Shown here piece by piece: positions 58,972 to 64,000 of a stretch of DNA of 64,000 bases (the stretch's first letter is position 1; every line of letters starts with the position of its first letter). Both the position numbers and the translations under genes were made by a program. The DNA comes from Macrostomum hystrix (Eukaryota; Animalia; Platyhelminthes), in assembly GCA_950097015.1 (NCBI GenBank), contig CATNEN010000039.1, positions 14,322,001-14,386,000 of the forward strand, read 5' to 3'. The notes under the pieces are model-generated. The model was not told the origin of the DNA. It ran no database searches and saw nothing but the letters and a program-made list of their open reading frames with translations.

Positions 58972-61179
58972 ATGAATCTGAGAAAAACAGTCAGTTTCGA
59001 GAGGAAGACTGGTTCAAGCCATCCCGACTACGTTGACATCAGCGGTCGAAACCAACTAATTCGAGCTGTCGCCAGCGACGACGACGAGGAATTCGGAGTT
59101 CAATTGAAACTGTGCTGCAAAGTCAAGGAGAGTATCAACTACTCAGACTACAGCAAGAGAACGGCCCTAATTCATGGTAGCATTGTGGGAAACAACACTA
59201 TAGTCAATAGCTTGCTTGGAAATAGCCTAGTTGATATTGATATTCAGGTGAGTGAGCACAATCATTTTTCTTTTTGCCGTAACTTCACAGCCCCAAGGGG
59301 CCAAACGGGCCCTTTACTGCTTTTTAACGCAACTTTTTTCAAATTTAAGCAAAGCATCAAATTGTGAAGTGAAATAACAATGAGCTCAACCAAATCACAG
59401 ACAAGCCGTCTGTAATCTGAGATAGCTGCTAGCGAAGGGCAGTGCTGCCACCAGGTTAGTTTTCTCGACCAAGTGAAGAACACCTAGTAGAAATCGTAGA
59501 GCAGTCGAGTAAAGACTTTCGTCTTTAGGCTGCAGCAGTTGAACGGCATGACGCAGCTAGCTCTTAGATGGCCACTTCAACCTCGTCTTGTTCAACCTCG
59601 GAAGCAAAAATATCATTATTACTTTTAGCTTTAGCAAATTTACTTTATTAGAATTAGTTTGAGGCAATAAGATAAGACGCGTACACACGCTCAAGGAAGT
59701 TGAGGAGTTGGATGTACCATGACAATATAACGAAAAGGGGAAGAGAAAATGACTTGTGCAGCACGGGAGGTTGGGGTCCGGAGGTTGAGTGCCAAAAAAG
59801 GCGATGGGCCGAGTCAAATGCTACCTGCATTAATAAACAAGCATGCACGCGATGCTAGAGCCTCAAAAAAGAAAACGTCAGAAAGGTACATTTCTTACCA
59901 GAAATTGTGTAAAAGCCAGTCTGCCCAAACAGTAAACATTACAGTACAGTAAGCAGGGTGAACACGTCACTGCAGGGTGAAAGTGTGCACGAGCATATTT
60001 ATGCACACTGACAAAGAGCAGCGCGCGAGAGAAGGGAGGGGCCCGGAGTGTACAGCCTCTGGCGAGCTGCGCCTTCCGAGATGGTACGAGAACTGAACAA
60101 TGAACATACAGACAGAAAAGAAAGCAGGGAACAGCCCAAGTACGCAAACCTCACTAAAAAATAAACTTGCACGTGCAGGCAAGGGTGCAAACGGATGCCT
60201 AAGGGAAGTGACTAAAGCTAAAGTAGCGACTTAGCGACTCACTTCAATTGTACTCGTATATGAAAAACTAGCTGACGACGTGCTTTCATTTTATATTCCG
60301 ATTTATCGCAGGATATTTCCGGCTTCACAGCGCTGATGCACGCAGCTCAGAGAGGTCACCATTTAATAGTGGATCTGCTGCTCAAGAAAAAGGCAAACCA
60401 CCAGTTGGTTGACTCTCGCGGCAACACTGCCATCATCCTCGCTGCCAGGCGCAACCATGTGGACTGCCTGGAGGCTTTTGCGAAGTACGTCAATGATCCT
60501 GCCGACTGGGTCGTAAAGGGAGAGTATGGACTCACAGCGGAGGAGTGGGCTAATAAAAATGAACGCTCAGAAGCCGAGGAGTACATAAAGAACTTGTAAG
60601 CATTTATCAGGTGTTTGGAATATATTTTGCTCGCTTTAGCCACTGTTCAAAATTAATATTACGTTTTGTCTCGATACTAAGCCTCTGTTAATATCTTTGG
60701 CATGTGGGATCGATACTAAGGTTCTGTAGATTTCTTTGGAATCGGGCTTTAGTTCGATATACCTTGCTTGTATTCTTCTCGTTTCAATTTTAGAACGATC
60801 GACTTTAAAGCGAGGAAATCCAACAATCAAGGACCTCCCGATTGCAATGGTAATGGTGAAAAAGATGGAAGCAGTGGCTCTGGCTCATCAAGCGATGGTG
60901 GAAAAGACAATGAGGCTTCCAGAAGAAACGGCTGCTCCGGTTATTGTAGCGGCAGCTGCAGAAAACGATCACATGAGTCAGACGAGAGGGAGAGATCCTC
61001 AGGACGACGCAGTCCAAAAAAGCAATTTGCTTTCAATACTGCCCCTCGACGCGTAGGAAGCCAGCAAGTCAGCCTCGACCGAAGTGTCGGAGGAGGAGGT
61101 AGTGGAAGCGGAGGTCGAGGTCGCAACCCAGTAGGTAGCGGCGGCGGTGGCGGTGGCGGCGGCGGTGGCGGTGGCGGCA

Positions 61180-61223
<44 letters not shown>

Positions 61224-61901
61224 AGCGGTGGCGGTGGCGGTGGTCGTTTTGCAAGCGAAGGCGTGAGAAATTTCGTCACACCGGCAGACGTGGAAGACCA
61301 CTACGCAATCGGCGACAACCGGGAGGCGCATGTGGCTGTTATAAAACGTATACCGAGTAATACGCACAGAGGCATCGACTATAGTATGCAAGCTACTGAG
61401 TCTGTAAAACGGTACCTACTACATTTTTTGGAAATCCATGGCTTTAACATTACCATGCTTGAATTTGAAACTACTCGAGAGCTGAGCGATTTCATCGCTG
61501 AATTTCCGAATTTAGTACATATGCATGGCTGCAGCGCCTGGGCGTTAGGATTAGTTGACTTCGGCGTTCTGGAACTATCTCAAAAATTGATTCTGCTCGA
61601 GCAGGCCCAGGCTATTGATGGATTGCCGAAACTGCTTCTCAACCATAGCGAGGCTCCACCACTTAAACAATACAGAGAGTTTGACCATCACCAGCACACT
61701 CTGTTTGTTTACGGCGGCTGCGCTGCACCCGGCATCTGGGACGAGATGAGGAACCACTTCGACATTCCGCCACCGAGGCCTGAGTTCACGCTTCACCTGG
61801 GCGAGCTGCTTAGGCGCCACAGGCAGGCGTGCAGGCCTCAGGAGGAGTTCATCGTGTTCGATAATTTCCTGCAGATGAAGCTCGTGTTTTCTGGCAACTA
61901 A
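58972..61901 (+). CDS. Ankyrin-repeat protein B with Ser/Gly linker, poly-Gly and a C-terminal caspase-like domain; exons 58972-59247, 60312-60595, 60794-61901 (~555 aa; 5' end uncertain)
   Basis: Ankyrin motifs as in gene A. Donor GTGAG at 59248, acceptor at 60311. Donor GTAAG at 60596 and acceptor tttcaattttAG at 60793 are both phase 2, joining the 60768-61901 ORF in frame. Confidence 0.75.
61088..61243 (+). repeat. Gly-rich tract including a (GGC/GGT)n trinucleotide repeat (~61140-61243) encoding poly-Gly
   Basis: Read directly. Confidence 0.95.
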
Positions 61902-63249
61902 TTAGCGTCATTTTGAAACTAGGGACAAATTATCGCTTTCTATCTTTTTTGGATAAAAACAGCGACTGTCGCTGTATAGATCTGCTTATTGTTGCAAGTA
62001 AACAAAAGAAGTTCATATTCTGTAAAAACAAAAAAATTAGCTAAAATAAGGTGTCAACGCTTTGTACAAGATAACTTTATTTTTAAACGAAGTTTCAAAT
62101 TGAAGCGAGTCGCTGAAAGTTAAGTTTTTTGTCTTCGTTTGATTGTCATGACTGTCAACTGCGAGCAGATTTTTGCGACCTCGATGTTAAAGCAAGCATG
62201 ACCTACACCTGTTTTTAGCATCTTAATTTAAACTAATTTTTTAACTATTTAGAATATCTCTGCTTTTGTTTTTATATATTGCTTTTTTAATTATGAAAGA
62301 CAATTCGCTTTGCATGACTTTCGCTTTAATTTTAGTTTTTTGTATAAGTTTCACATCTTTCACAACTTTACATCGATTTTTCTATATATTTATTGTAAAA
62401 GCGCCTCATTGGTCAAATCAAACTAGCGCGCGAAATGTTTTATATATATGTTTGAGGGCTCTTTCTTATTATTTAACTTCAGCAATATTAAACCAGTAAC
62501 AGTTATAATTTTTTTCTTATATATCAGAGTATTTGTTAACTCTATGGTAGCATGCGAGTGTCCGAGCGGTAAGACAATTTTTATACGAGCGTACTTAGTA
62601 ATATGAATAACTCAAATATGTATATTTTACTTCGCACCGGATATATTAGTGACACAAACTTTTAATTATTTCAGTCCCAATAAATGGCTACCAGTGGATC
62701 GGGGGGTGTCCAATCTTACACACACTCACCCTCTTATTCGGAATTACTCCTTATTTCATCTATTCCACTTTGCAAATCTGCAATATTTGAATCCCTTCTG
62801 AGCTTTCTGTCTAATTTCGATCCAACCTGGATATCTCAGTTCAGTACGAATTCTCGCTTATGGCATACACTTTCCAGCTTGTAGCCTTTAGATAAATAAT
62901 AAATAAGAAAAAACTGTTTATTTGCTTAAACAGCTTGCTTTCACGAACTTGCGGGAGAGACGCCAGTTGCGTCTAAAATTGCTTGTATATATTGAGTTTT
63001 TTGGACATGGACGGACATGGTTATAACAAAAGCGTCAAATAAACAAAATATTTAATTCTACGGTAGCGTTACGTTTCTAAGAAATACAAAATTTAAATGT
63101 AGAAATACGGCATTAATCACAGCTTCTACATATATTCCTTTTATATGCTACAAATCTATACATAATTTTTGTTTTACGCCACTAATATAAAATATACTGG
63201 GAGTATTCAATATGATTTTAGTATACTCGTAAATATAGAGGGGTTTTTG

Positions 63250-63520
63250 TATAGGAAGCTAACCGTTGGGCCAACCATTAAATTGGAAGCTTAAACAGTT
63301 CAAGTCACTTCGTGAGAATATTCCAAAGCCTTAAATTATTTCTAAGTGTGAGTGAAAGCTGTCAACACCGATCCGGGGAAAGCCCGAGAAAGACTGGTCA
63401 GAGAGCCTGACATATCTGAAGTATTCAGAAGCACTCAGAGATATCTCTAGAAATAAAGCTAGATCCAGAATCTAGAGAACCACTGGCAAGAGGCCAGAAT
63501 CTATCGTGTAGAACGCCACG
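63250..63520 (+). mobile_element. Possible RTE-like LINE 3' remnant
   Basis: KLDPESREPLAR resembles the id..sWE.lA.dR C-terminal motif; heavily degraded. Confidence 0.3.
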
Positions 63521-63800
63521 CTACCCAAACTATCAGGATAGTTTGTTCGACCACCTAGAAGGGTGTGTATGATGCCTAACTGAGTCATGGACAAGCGACT
63601 GGAGTTATGAGATAATTAAATAAGAGAATATTATGCAGCATTAATATTAGTGTCCAATCGGTGTTCGCTGATTGGTTGTAAACACCCACCCAGACACCCA
63701 CCCCTCCGCCTTGTGCTGGGTCGTATTTCAGCCGGCGCCCGCGTGCTGCCCAGCCTTGTCTCTTCGCGCTGCGTGGTGTGAAATTTTCTCTCTTACTGCA

Positions 63801-64000
63801 ATGGCTGAGCTTCCAATTGACCGGCTTACGGCTCGCCAGTTAAGAGACCGCCTGATTCAACTTGGCCTGCCTAGCAGCGGTCGCAAGCGTGAACTGCAAG
63901 TCAGACTGGAACAATCTAGTTTAGCCAGCCGAACCACACGCCGTGTGCAGCAAAGGTCAACCGCATCGGCCCAAGTCGAGGACGACGGCAGCACCTGCAG
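63801..64000 (+). CDS. SAP-domain ORF start (probable ORF1/gag of a DIRS/Ngaro-like retrotransposon); runs off the window
   Basis: MAELPIDRLTARQLRDRLIQLGLPSSGRKRELQVRLEQ matches the SAP consensus L...L...GL...G.K.EL..RL. Confidence 0.7.
   Translation, partial: MAELPIDRLTARQLRDRLIQLGLPSSGRKRELQVRLEQSSLASRTTRRVQQRSTASAQVEDDGSTC

Noticed and set aside
60941-61391. Poly-Pro and poly-Ala ORFs on the minus strand
   Set aside because: They are antisense shadows of the (GGC)n poly-Gly tract.
61822-61840. QACRP as an active caspase catalytic site
   Set aside because: It lies at the end of the putative small subunit, not after the PKL strand where the catalytic Cys belongs; probably coincidental.

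Overview
This is eukaryotic (invertebrate animal) genomic DNA with GT-AG introns and a very high repeat load. Species cannot be determined from the sequence alone. Host genes: three 3-exon SLC16/MCT monocarboxylate-transporter paralogues plus a partial copy, two tandem ankyrin-repeat genes, an orphan IAP/MDM2-type RING exon and two fibrinogen-domain (FReD) pseudogenes. Mobile DNA: a full-length intact LOA-clade LINE with a 14-bp TSD, tRNA-derived SINE families, a ~9.5-kb head-to-tail array of five minisatellite-carrying non-autonomous Helitrons inserted into an LTR-like repeat, Tc1, mariner and Merlin DNA transposons, and condensed remnants of Gypsy, tyrosine-recombinase (DIRS/Ngaro), CRE-like, I-group and other retroelements. 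Four observations stand out. (1) A spliced ankyrin + poly-Gly + apparently catalytically dead caspase-fold gene (58972-61901) lies next to an ankyrin-only paralogue sharing a near-identical exon. (2) Dead repeats carry a recurrent CpA->TpA (RIP-like) mutation signature. (3) The Helitron array is built from two subfamilies whose 3' end resembles their target site. (4) A SINE shares its 3' stem-loop and tail with the LOA LINE. All family assignments are from motif recognition by eye; no searches were run.
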